64,000 nucleotides of DNA from Bacilli bacterium. Lineage in GTDB: Bacteria; Bacillota_I; Bacilli_A; ML615J-28; CAG-698. The position numbers and the translations under genes are program-made. The stretch's first letter is position 1. Every line of letters starts with the position of its first letter. Where the stretch lies: the NCBI GenBank assembly GCA_017450215.1, contig JAFSVH010000101.1:1534-65533 (forward strand). Reading direction: 5' to 3'. Below, in pieces: positions 17,255 through 26,253 of the stretch. The notes beneath the pieces were generated by a model. The model searched no databases and had not been told where the DNA came from. It saw nothing but the letters and a program-made list of their open reading frames with translations.

Positions 17255-20032
17255 TTATTTATCATTTACAATTTCATGACATCTTTGGCAAAGACCATCT
17301 TCACCAACACTAGGAACAATCTTCCAACATCTTTCGCAAGTTATACCATCACATAGATGAACACTAATCTTACCAATATTATAATCATTTGCGTCAATAT
17401 CATGATCAACAATTTCAAGTGAAGAAACGATGAAGACACGTTCTAAATCACATTTCATACTATCAAGCAATTCTTTTGCATCACTATTTGGATAAATAAT
17501 TAATTTACTAGCTAAAGATTTACCAATAATCTTGTTATTTCTTGCTTCTTCAATTGCTTTTAATACATCATCTCTCAAAACCATGAATTTAGCATATTTA
17601 TTTAATAAATATTCACTATCTTCATATTTTATAGTCTTAACCATTCTAAGTAGATATACACTTTCTTTATCCATATCACTACCCATATTCTTCATAAATG
17701 AATAGATTTCTTCACAAGTGAATGGAATAATAGGTGTTAATAATCTGACTAAAGCATTCAAATTATCGAATAATACAGTTTGAATTGATCTACGTTTGAT
17801 ATTATTATATTTTTCAATATAAAGAATATCTTTTGTGAAATCTAGATAGAAAGCACTTAAATCATTAGTCATATAATTTAGTACACTTCTATATACTTCA
17901 TCACAGCTAAGTGATTCATAAGCTTTATAGCATTTTTCTAATAATTGATTTAATTTACATTCAATATATTTACTTACTTCATCTAAATCTTTATATTCAA
18001 TTCTATCTTTATCATTATTATAATCACTTAAATTACCAAGTAAGAATCTGAAAGTATTTCTTATCTTACGATAAGCTTCAGTATTTTGTTTTAAGATGTC
18101 TTTACTTACTCTAATATCAGCAGTATATTCACTAGATGCAACCCATAATCTTAAGATGTCAGCACCATATTCTTTGCATACTTGATTTGGATCAATTGTA
18201 TTGCCAGCACTCTTACTCATCTTATTTCCTTGACCATCAAGAGTAAAGCCATGTGTAATTACACGTTTATAAGGTGCTTTTCCAGTCATAGCAACACCAG
18301 TTGATAAGCTAGAATTGAACCAACCACGATATTGATCACTACCTTCTAAATATACATCAGCTGGATATGGTAAATTACGTGCAACTAATACACCATGATG
18401 ACTTGTTCCACTATCAAACCATACATCCATAATGTCTGTTTCTTTTGTAAAGATTCCATTAGGGCTAGATGGATGAGTGTAACCTGCTGGAAGCAATTCT
18501 TTTGCATCTTTACTAAACCATGCATCAGTTCCTTCCTTCTCAACAATACTAGCAACATGTAAAATTACATCTTCATCTAAAATACAATCACCATTCTCAC
18601 AATAGAATACAGGAATTGGAACTCCCCATACTCTTTGACGTGAAATGCACCATTCTTTACGGTCCTTAACCATATTACCAATACGAGTATCACCCCAAGA
18701 AGGCTTCCATTCAACTTCACTAATAGCTTTCATCATATCATCTTTTAATGCATCAATTGAAGCAAACCATTGTGGAGTAGCTCTAAAGATAATAGGCTTC
18801 TTTGTTCTCCAGTCATGAGGATATGAGTGAACAATTGTCTTCTTAAGCAATAAGAAGCCTCTAGAATCAAGGTTTTCAATAATAACTTGATTAGCATTAT
18901 CATAGAATAAACCAGCGAATTCACCAGCTTCTTCAGTCAAAAAACCTTTAGAATCAACATTAACTAAAACATCAAGACCATAAGTACGGCCTACATTGAA
19001 GTCATCCTCACCAAAGCCAGGAGCAGTATGAACTAAACCTGTACCAGCATCAAGTGTTACATGGTTACCCAAAATAACTGGACAAACCTTACCTGCTGGG
19101 TTCTTATATTGTACATATTCTAATTCTCTACCTTTAATAGTCTTTACGACTTCATAGTCACCTTCTTCAAAGCCCATTTCTTTTAAAACTGAAGCTGCTA
19201 ATTCTTTTGCAAATACTAATTTTCTATTAGATAATTTATTATCTTCTTTTTCACCTAATTTTACTACTACATATTCATATAAAGGATTAACACTAACTGC
19301 AAGGTTTGCAGGAATTGTCCATGGAGTAGTTGTCCAAATTGTGATTTCTTCATCTAAATCAAGAACACCTTTGCCATCAATAACTGGGAATCCTAAAAAG
19401 ATACTTTCGCCTTTTACATCATAATATTCAATTTCAGCTTCTGCTAAAGCAGATTCACTTGATGGTGACCAATAAACTGGCTTTAAGCCTTTATAGATTA
19501 AACCACGTGAAGCCATTCTAGCAAATACACGAAGTTGTTCTGCTTCAAATTTAGGATCTAATGTTAGATATGGATCTTCCCAATCACCTAAAACACCCAA
19601 TCTCTTGAAGCCTTCTTTTTGAAGTGCAACTTGTTTAAGTGCATATTCCCTACACATTTTTCTAAATGCAACAGTTTCAACTTCTTTACGATTAACCTTT
19701 AATGCTTTTGTTAGAGCATTTTCAATTGGTAAACCATGAGTATCCCAACCAGGAATATAAGGTGAATAATAACCTTCCATTGTATAGAATCTAATTAAAA
19801 TATCTTTTAATATTTTATTTAATGCATGTCCAATATGAATATTACCATTAGCATATGGTGGACCATCATGTAAAATAAAACTTAAATTCTTCTTATTCAA
19901 TTCTAAATTCTTTTTATAGATATCTAATTCATCCCATTTTTTTACTAAATCAGGTTCCTTTGTAGGCAAATTAGCCTTCATTGAAAACTCTGTATTCATC
20001 ATAAGCAATGTATCTTTATAATCTCTTTCCAT
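17255..20032 (-). CDS. ileS: isoleucine--tRNA ligase
   Basis: HIGH motif PYANGNIHIGHALN, KMSKS motif, C-terminal Cys-rich zinc ribbon (CERCWK...CQRC). Confidence 0.95.
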   Translation of the reverse strand: MERDYKDTLLMMNTEFSMKANLPTKEPDLVKKWDELDIYKKNLELNKKNLSFILHDGPPYANGNIHIGHALNKILKDILIRFYTMEGYYSPYIPGWDTHGLPIENALTKALKVNRKEVETVAFRKMCREYALKQVALQKEGFKRLGVLGDWEDPYLTLDPKFEAEQLRVFARMASRGLIYKGLKPVYWSPSSESALAEAEIEYYDVKGESIFLGFPVIDGKGVLDLDEEITIWTTTPWTIPANLAVSVNPLYEYVVVKLGEKEDNKLSNRKLVFAKELAASVLKEMGFEEGDYEVVKTIKGRELEYVQYKNPAGKVCPVILGNHVTLDAGTGLVHTAPGFGEDDFNVGRTYGLDVLVNVDSKGFLTEEAGEFAGLFYDNANQVIIENLDSRGFLLLKKTIVHSYPHDWRTKKPIIFRATPQWFASIDALKDDMMKAISEVEWKPSWGDTRIGNMVKDRKEWCISRQRVWGVPIPVFYCENGDCILDEDVILHVASIVEKEGTDAWFSKDAKELLPAGYTHPSSPNGIFTKETDIMDVWFDSGTSHHGVLVARNLPYPADVYLEGSDQYRGWFNSSLSTGVAMTGKAPYKRVITHGFTLDGQGNKMSKSAGNTIDPNQVCKEYGADILRLWVASSEYTADIRVSKDILKQNTEAYRKIRNTFRFLLGNLSDYNNDKDRIEYKDLDEVSKYIECKLNQLLEKCYKAYESLSCDEVYRSVLNYMTNDLSAFYLDFTKDILYIEKYNNIKRRSIQTVLFDNLNALVRLLTPIIPFTCEEIYSFMKNMGSDMDKESVYLLRMVKTIKYEDSEYLLNKYAKFMVLRDDVLKAIEEARNNKIIGKSLASKLIIYPNSDAKELLDSMKCDLERVFIVSSLEIVDHDIDANDYNIGKISVHLCDGITCERCWKIVPSVGEDGLCQRCHEIVNDK

Positions 20033-20075
20033 GTTCTTCCCCTTACTATTAACACATCATTCTTTTATACAATTC

Positions 20076-20117
20076 TTATTATTTTATAATTATTATTTTA
20101 TAATTATTATTTTATAA
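20076..20117. repeat. three perfect tandem copies of 14-bp TTATTATTTTATAA
   Basis: Read directly from the sequence at 20076-20089, 20090-20103 and 20104-20117. Lies in the ileS upstream region. Confidence 0.9.
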
Positions 20118-20381
20118 CTACGCAAAAATACTATTTATTAAAAATGTATATAAATACATTATTCCTTCATAAAGTATAATACCAACTACAGGAGTAAAAT
20201 CTAAAAATCCTATTGTTAGATAACCCCTAAAAACACCAATATATGCATCACTTATTCTTCTTAAAAATCTAAAGAAACCAACGTTATAAACAAATGGAAT
20301 CCAAGATAGAATAATATTTAAAACAATCAAACCAAAATAAGCTTGCATCAAATAATAAAAAGCAGTAAAGACAAATTCCAT
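20118..20381 (-). CDS. YggT-family membrane protein
   Basis: 87-aa two-TM protein in the conserved ylmE-sepF-yggT-ileS arrangement. Confidence 0.75.
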   Translation of the reverse strand: MEFVFTAFYYLMQAYFGLIVLNIILSWIPFVYNVGFFRFLRRISDAYIGVFRGYLTIGFLDFTPVVGIILYEGIMYLYTFLINSIFA

Positions 20382-20384
20382 AAT

Positions 20385-20720
20385 TTAATCCTTGTTTTCA
20401 TTAACCCACTTTTCAACAGATCCATCTTCTAATGCTTTACCACTAGCAAACAAGAATAGACGTTCATTCATTGTGAAAAGATTGCCTGAAAGGGCATAAA
20501 CACAACCACTAATAAAAGATAACATGTGATTGCAATCTTGAGCAACTAAGCTATCAAAATTAGCAAGAACTGGTTTATCTTTTAAAAGATAATCACAAAT
20601 AGTGAAGATCTCATCATCACTATTTGTATTAACACGATAAAATACTATTTCATCTTTTGATTGTAATATTGGACCTTGTCCTTTTATTTCTTCTTTATTC
20701 TTTTTACTAAAAAGTCCCAT
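20385..20720 (-). CDS. sepF: cell division protein SepF
   Basis: C-terminal SFISGCVYALSGNL resembles the SepF core motif. Position between yggS and yggT. Confidence 0.7.
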   Translation of the reverse strand: MGLFSKKNKEEIKGQGPILQSKDEIVFYRVNTNSDDEIFTICDYLLKDKPVLANFDSLVAQDCNHMLSFISGCVYALSGNLFTMNERLFLFASGKALEDGSVEKWVNENKD

Positions 20721-20733
20721 ATAAACTCCTAAT

Positions 20734-21414
20734 TTATTCCATGAAAATATGGCCTAATCTAACACATGTTGAACCATATTTAACAGCTATTAAATAATCA
20801 TTACTCATTCCCATTGATAATTCATGACATGGAGCATAATCTAATTGCAAATCTTCAATTTCTTTTTGCAATTTTTGCATTCTAGAAAATTCACTAATTA
20901 ATACTTCATCATCAAATGTCATTTTCGCAATGCACATAAGACCAATAACTCTAATATTCTTACACATTGATAATTGCTTAATAAAAGCTTTTACCTTTGC
21001 TGGAGCAACTCCACTCTTATTAGGTTCTTCAGAAATATTAACTTGAACATAGCAATCTAATGTTTTATCTAATCTACTATCTAATTCCATTGCAGTTGGA
21101 AGCTTGCATAAGGAATGAAGACAGTCAATCTTATTTACAACATCTTTAATCTTCCGAGATTGAACAGTACCGAAGAAATGCCATTTTACATTTAAATCCT
21201 TCATTGCTTCATATTTTTCTAAGAACATATCTGTTCTATTTTCACCAATCTCATCTATTCCAGCAAGTACTAGCTCTCTTGTTTCTTCAACAGTCATATA
21301 TTTGCTTGCAGCAACAATTTTAATGTTTGGATAATCTTTTAAACTATCTTTAACTGCTTGGACTTTTTTCACATATTTATTTCCATTATTTTCCATTTTT
21401 TCCACCGTTATCAC
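20734..21414 (-). CDS. YggS/YlmE family pyridoxal-phosphate homeostasis protein
   Basis: IKIVAASKYMTVEETRELVLAGIDEIGENR and HFFGTVQSRK match the YggS family. Confidence 0.85.
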   Translation of the reverse strand: MITVEKMENNGNKYVKKVQAVKDSLKDYPNIKIVAASKYMTVEETRELVLAGIDEIGENRTDMFLEKYEAMKDLNVKWHFFGTVQSRKIKDVVNKIDCLHSLCKLPTAMELDSRLDKTLDCYVQVNISEEPNKSGVAPAKVKAFIKQLSMCKNIRVIGLMCIAKMTFDDEVLISEFSRMQKLQKEIEDLQLDYAPCHELSMGMSNDYLIAVKYGSTCVRLGHIFME

Positions 21415-21590
21415 TAATAATACAAAATCACAAAATTTAATAGATAAAACCTCTTTTAAAGCCTATTCTACCTATTAATGTTGTTATATATAACATTATA
21501 CCCTAAGTTGCCTGATAAATCAATAAAAAAGATTGATAGTAACTATCAATCATTTTTTGTATTTAAAACATTATAAAAAATAATCCATTT

Positions 21591-23240
21591 TTACATTCTT
21601 TCTTTAGTATTAACACCAATTAATCCTAAAGCATCTTTTAAGATTATTTGAACACTTCTTAAAACTGTTAGTTTTTCATTTGTAAGCAATGCATCATCAC
21701 TTATAATCTTTTCATTATTATAATAGCTATGTAAAGCTTTTGCTAAATCGCTAATATATTGACATAATCTATGAGGTATTCTCTTTAATGCTACCTCTTC
21801 AACAACGTTTCTATAAGCAATTAAGCAATCAATTAAATCTTTAATTGATGAAATATCTAACTTTTTAAATTCATTAACTTGCTTAAATTCTGGATAAGTT
21901 CTAAACAAACTTGCAATACGAGCATAAGCATATTGAGCATAATATACAGGATTCTCGCTTCCCTCTTTAAGTGCTAAATCAAGATCTAAGTCCATTTGAG
22001 ATGATAATGCTTTTTCAATGAATAAATATCTCAAAACATCACTGCCAACTTCATCAATCAAGTCACGCATTGTGATTGCTCTACCACTTCTTTTGCTCAT
22101 CTTGATTTCCACGTTATTTTGCATTACTCTAACCATTTGTAGTATTTCAACATCAAGCTTATCAGGATTACCACCAACAAAAGCAATAGCAGCTTTCAAT
22201 CTTGGAATATAACCATGATGGTCAGCACCTAATACATCAATTAATTGATCATAACCACGACTCAATTTATCAGCATGATAAGCAATATCTGGAGTTAGAT
22301 ATGTTAAAGAGCCATCGCTCTTTTTAATTACTCTATCCTTTTCATCACCATAAAGAGTAGTCTTAAGCCATAAAGCACCATCTTTTTCGTATGTATAATC
22401 ATGACTAATTAAATAATCAATTGTCTTTTCTACACTACCATTAGCATATAAGCTTCTTTCAGAACTCCACACATCAAATTCCACATTAAAATCTTTCAAA
22501 TCTTTTTTAAGTGTATTTAATAATTTTTCTGTTCCTATATTCCTAAAATCATCAAACCATTCTTCTTTAAGATATTTATCTTGATATTTTTCTTCAATTT
22601 CCTTAGCAATAACAATAATTTCAGGTCCTTTATAGCAATCATCATCAAGATCAAAATCTAAATTGTATAATTCACGATATCTAGCATAGATAGATTTTGC
22701 AAGATTATTAATTTGATTACCTGCATCATTAACATAATATTCTCTTGTTACATCATAACCAGTCTTTTTAAGAATTCTAGCAAGACTATCACCATAGGCA
22801 GCTCCTCTACAATGTCCAATATGTAAAAAGCCAGTAGGATTAGCACTAACATATTCAATGTTTACTTTTTCTTTATTTCCAATATTGCTCTTACTATAAT
22901 TTTCTCCTTCTTTATTAATCAAGAAAACAACATTAGCAAGATAATTATTATCAATAAAGAAATTAATAAATCCACCAACTACTTCTACTTTCTTCACATG
23001 AGCTTTATCAGTATCAATTTGACTAACAATATCAGTTGCAATCAAATTAGGTGCTTTTCTTGCAATTCTTGCAAGCTTAAAAGCAACATTAGTACTATAA
23101 TCACCATGATCCTTACTAGCAGGCACTTCAAAGAATACATCTTCTTCTGTAAAGTTAGAAGCATTCAAATTTGATGAATAAATATTTTGTACAATATTAA
23201 AAATTTGATTTTTCAATTCCTTAATAATAGTCTCAATCAT
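21591..23240 (-). CDS. argS: arginine--tRNA ligase
   Basis: HIGHCRGAAYGDSLARIL and DALR-type C-terminal domain. Confidence 0.95.
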   Translation of the reverse strand: MIETIIKELKNQIFNIVQNIYSSNLNASNFTEEDVFFEVPASKDHGDYSTNVAFKLARIARKAPNLIATDIVSQIDTDKAHVKKVEVVGGFINFFIDNNYLANVVFLINKEGENYSKSNIGNKEKVNIEYVSANPTGFLHIGHCRGAAYGDSLARILKKTGYDVTREYYVNDAGNQINNLAKSIYARYRELYNLDFDLDDDCYKGPEIIVIAKEIEEKYQDKYLKEEWFDDFRNIGTEKLLNTLKKDLKDFNVEFDVWSSERSLYANGSVEKTIDYLISHDYTYEKDGALWLKTTLYGDEKDRVIKKSDGSLTYLTPDIAYHADKLSRGYDQLIDVLGADHHGYIPRLKAAIAFVGGNPDKLDVEILQMVRVMQNNVEIKMSKRSGRAITMRDLIDEVGSDVLRYLFIEKALSSQMDLDLDLALKEGSENPVYYAQYAYARIASLFRTYPEFKQVNEFKKLDISSIKDLIDCLIAYRNVVEEVALKRIPHRLCQYISDLAKALHSYYNNEKIISDDALLTNEKLTVLRSVQIILKDALGLIGVNTKERM

Positions 23241-23268
23241 ATTAATAATATCCTTTCATATTAAACCA

Positions 23269-23296
23269 TTATACCATGTTTTCAAAAAATATGCAA
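23269..23296 (-). promoter_or_regulatory. argS-proximal promoter (TTGCAT-17-TGgTATAAT)
   Basis: Minus-strand TTGCATattttttgaaaacatggTATAAT with extended -10, about 30 nt upstream of the argS ATG. Confidence 0.45.
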
Positions 23297-23304
23297 TTTC
23301 TAAA

Positions 23305-23348
23305 ACAAAAAAACCTTTTAGACAAACCTAAGTTTAATTCTAAAAGGA
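23305..23348 (-). terminator. Rho-independent terminator upstream of argS
   Basis: Minus strand CCTTTTAG-(18 nt)-CTAAAAGG followed by TTTTTTT. Confidence 0.6.
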
Positions 23349-23546
23349 TTTAAAGAATTTATTATAATAGTATCCAGAAGACCGATAATACTGATGTGAA
23401 CCACAGTTCACCACGGTGGGTCTCTCTCTTGGTATAATTAAAGGATTCTTATCTAAAATAAGCTTTCAACAGCATTATACCCTCAACACCCTAAATATCT
23501 ATTGTTCGGTTCGCATATTAAGTACAAACTCGAGAATTCCAGATAC
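23349..23546 (-). ncRNA. candidate ~240-nt structured small RNA or attenuator-type leader (class undetermined)
   Basis: Delimited by the consensus-like promoter at 23553-23581 and the terminator at 23305-23348. Contains hairpin GTGAAC-TGTG-GTTCAC. No ORF and no canonical T-box sequence found. Confidence 0.3.
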
Positions 23547-23552
23547 AATTAG

Positions 23553-23581
23553 ATTTTACAAACTTCTTTTTGATTAGTCAA
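23553..23581 (-). promoter_or_regulatory. sigma-A-type promoter TTGACT-17-TAAAAT driving the candidate sRNA/leader
   Basis: Minus-strand TTGACT (23581-23576), 17-nt spacer, TAAAAT (23558-23553). Confidence 0.45.
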
Positions 23582-23600
23582 GAGCAAATTATAAAGCTTT

Positions 23601-24881
23601 TTATTTATAATATCTATAACAATTTAGTGCATCTAAATATTTTTGTTCAACATTACTTCCATTAAAAGCAGCTTCATAAGCAATTCGCTCAAGTTCTGCT
23701 TGGAGTTCAGCACTAATTTCACTTCTTGTATCATCACCATGCCATGTAATATTAGGATTCTTAATATAATCATTATATGTATAATTAATACCAACAGGGC
23801 TTCTACCATAAATAGTAGCATAATGTACTAATGCAACTAAATAAGTGCCAATTGAATTAGGATGACTACCATCACTTGCTTTATTTAAGTCAATTGATTT
23901 ATGGTCTCTATACATATAATAAAATGCAGTTCCAGCTCTTGATACTTGAATGCCTAAGTCTGTTGCAATCCACTCATAGCTAGCACTTAATTTTTGATGC
24001 ATTTCATAATAATTCATATTTTGATAACCATTACGATAACTCCAAGTTTCATACATTATTACTGTACTACCTAAATCCTTAAAATAATTATATAAAATAT
24101 TTGTAGTATAAAAGAAATCCGCTGTATCAGTAATAGGATTGTTGCTTTGTTCTTGCAAGAACACAATATCATATTTTGCATCTTTCATTGCTTTTTTGAA
24201 TGTTTCATAATATGTTCCATTATTACCTTCAATATAATTATGGAAATATTGTCCACCATAAGCAAACTTACTGATTTTGGCGTTTATTCCTTCACCTTCA
24301 AGAATGCAAGAAAGCAAATCAATTAAGCAATTATAATTTGTGAAAGAATTACCAATTAACAATATCTTTAAATCTTGCATTTTTTCTTCTTTCTTATTTA
24401 GTGCATTACCATATTCAGTATATTCAGTATTGCAATAATCACATAAGCAAATTCTTTGTTCACATGCTTCTTTTGTTCTTTCAATCACACGTAAAACACT
24501 ACCACTATGTAGATGATCTAATTTTTCTATCACTTCTTTACCTTCTATATAACCACATCTTTTACATTCATAATAATCAGTATAACCATCTTCTTCAAGA
24601 GTTGGATCTTTTCCTTTTACTAAATGTAAATAGTGATCTAATTTTTCTATTTCTTTATAATCTTCTTTATATCCACATATCTCACAAACATAATAGCCAT
24701 TATAACCATTTTCTGTACATGTTGCAGCTTTTCCTTTTACTTTTTCGAAAACATGGTCGCACTCTTCTACAGGCTCAGGTCCATCATCTGGTTTATTCTC
24801 ATTCTTTTCTTCACAGCAAGATAAAGTAAAAAGAAAAACAACTGAAAGAATTAAAAATAAAATATATTTTGCTTTTTTCAT
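23601..24881 (-). CDS. lipoprotein with duplicated Cys-rich (CxxC...CGY) zinc-ribbon-like modules and a C-terminal SGNH/GDSL-like hydrolase domain
   Basis: Signal peptide with lipobox LSCC. Two repeats H..E.GY..YY.C..CGY..E...IEKLDH. ILLIGNSFT resembles SGNH block I. Confidence 0.5.
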   Translation of the reverse strand: MKKAKYILFLILSVVFLFTLSCCEEKNENKPDDGPEPVEECDHVFEKVKGKAATCTENGYNGYYVCEICGYKEDYKEIEKLDHYLHLVKGKDPTLEEDGYTDYYECKRCGYIEGKEVIEKLDHLHSGSVLRVIERTKEACEQRICLCDYCNTEYTEYGNALNKKEEKMQDLKILLIGNSFTNYNCLIDLLSCILEGEGINAKISKFAYGGQYFHNYIEGNNGTYYETFKKAMKDAKYDIVFLQEQSNNPITDTADFFYTTNILYNYFKDLGSTVIMYETWSYRNGYQNMNYYEMHQKLSASYEWIATDLGIQVSRAGTAFYYMYRDHKSIDLNKASDGSHPNSIGTYLVALVHYATIYGRSPVGINYTYNDYIKNPNITWHGDDTRSEISAELQAELERIAYEAAFNGSNVEQKYLDALNCYRYYK

Positions 24882-25140
24882 CTCATCACATCCTTATAAT
24901 TTCATATTTTTTATCAATATTATTTTATCTTTTTATTTAGTTTTATGCAATAATAACATCACTTTATACATAATAAAAATAGGTAAAAAATATGGTAAAA
25001 AATATACAACAAATTACTAGCAATAAAAAATCAGTTATGTTATAATCGTTATACTACCCTTTAGAAAAGCTTATAAAAAAAAAGTATAAATTTATAAATG
25101 CCAAAATAATCAGATTTAAAAAAGGGTATTAAATATCAAT

Positions 25141-26100
25141 ATGAATGATAGACTAAGAACAAACGAAACTTTACCCGATTTTGTTTCTACTCAGCATAAT
25201 TATCATACATTAGATTATTATTTTAAAAAGAAATACAATTCTAAAGTATTTAAAGTTGCCTTGAATGGTGACTTTTCTTGTCCGAACAGAGATGGCACTA
25301 TCTCTAAAGATGGTTGCATCTTTTGTAGTGACAAGGGAAGCGGAGAATTTGCTGGAGATAAACAAGATCCATTAAAAATTCAATTTAATAAAATTAAGGA
25401 CATAATTCATCTTAAATGGAAGGATGCTTTATACATTGCCTATTTCCAAGCAAATACTAACACTTATGCACCTTTATCAAAATTAAAGCGATTATTTGAA
25501 GAAGCAATTAATCTTGATAAAAACATTGTGGCAATTGACATTGCAACTAGACCAGATTGCTTATCAAGTGAATGCTTAGATTTTTTAGCTGAATTAAACA
25601 CTAGATGTAAAGTAATAGTCGAACTAGGACTACAAACCATCCACGAAGAAACAGCAATATTAATAAATCGTGGTTATAATTTAAATTGCTTTACTGAAGC
25701 AGTAAAGAAATTAAGGGAAAGAAAAATTGAAGTAATTGTCCATATTATTAATGGATTACCTCATGAAAGCTATGAAATGATGCTAGAGACTGCCTCATTC
25801 TTAGCTCATCAAGATATCCAAGGAATTAAGATTCATTCTTTATATATATTAGAAGGAACAAAAATTGCTTCAATGTATAAAAGCAATGAATTTAAGGTGC
25901 AAACTTTAGATGAATATGTGAAAACTGTGGCAAATCAACTTACTCTTTTAAGAGAAGATATTGTAATCCACAGAATAAATGGAGACCCACCAAAAGAGGC
26001 TCACATAGCCCCTGATTGGTGCTTAAAAAAGTTCGTTATTATGAACGAAATTGATAAATATATGAAGAAAAACGGACTCGTTCAGGGAGCACGTTTTTAG
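25141..26100 (+). CDS. radical SAM protein, TIGR01212 (YhcC-like) family
   Basis: FSCPNRDGTISKDGCIFC cysteine motif characteristic of this family. Confidence 0.8.
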   Translation: MNDRLRTNETLPDFVSTQHNYHTLDYYFKKKYNSKVFKVALNGDFSCPNRDGTISKDGCIFCSDKGSGEFAGDKQDPLKIQFNKIKDIIHLKWKDALYIAYFQANTNTYAPLSKLKRLFEEAINLDKNIVAIDIATRPDCLSSECLDFLAELNTRCKVIVELGLQTIHEETAILINRGYNLNCFTEAVKKLRERKIEVIVHIINGLPHESYEMMLETASFLAHQDIQGIKIHSLYILEGTKIASMYKSNEFKVQTLDEYVKTVANQLTLLREDIVIHRINGDPPKEAHIAPDWCLKKFVIMNEIDKYMKKNGLVQGARF

Positions 26101-26179
26101 TATTTGTCAACAAAAAAATGAGAAAAAATCAATGTAAATTCAATGAAAATTTTTCACATTTTTTCTTGTTTTCTTTTGC

Positions 26180-26208
26180 TTGACTATACTTTTTTTGTTT
26201 GTTATACT
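26180..26208 (+). promoter_or_regulatory. nrdD promoter TTGACT-17-TATACT
   Basis: TTGACT at 26180-26185, 17-nt spacer, TATACT at 26203-26208. Confidence 0.5.
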
Positions 26209-26253
26209 GACTATACATTGTGAATATAATAGAAAATGGAGGGGTATGTTATA

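Noticed and set aside
23349-23546. Canonical T-box riboswitch for argS
   Set aside because: A leader with a terminator is present, but I could not find the conserved T-box sequence (AGGGTGGNACCGCG) overlapping the terminator 5' arm. It is kept only as an unclassified leader or sRNA candidate.
24401-24829. 142-aa plus-strand ORF (H/Y/L-rich)
   Set aside because: It is antisense to the lipoprotein gene 23601-24881 and is an artefact of AT-rich sequence.
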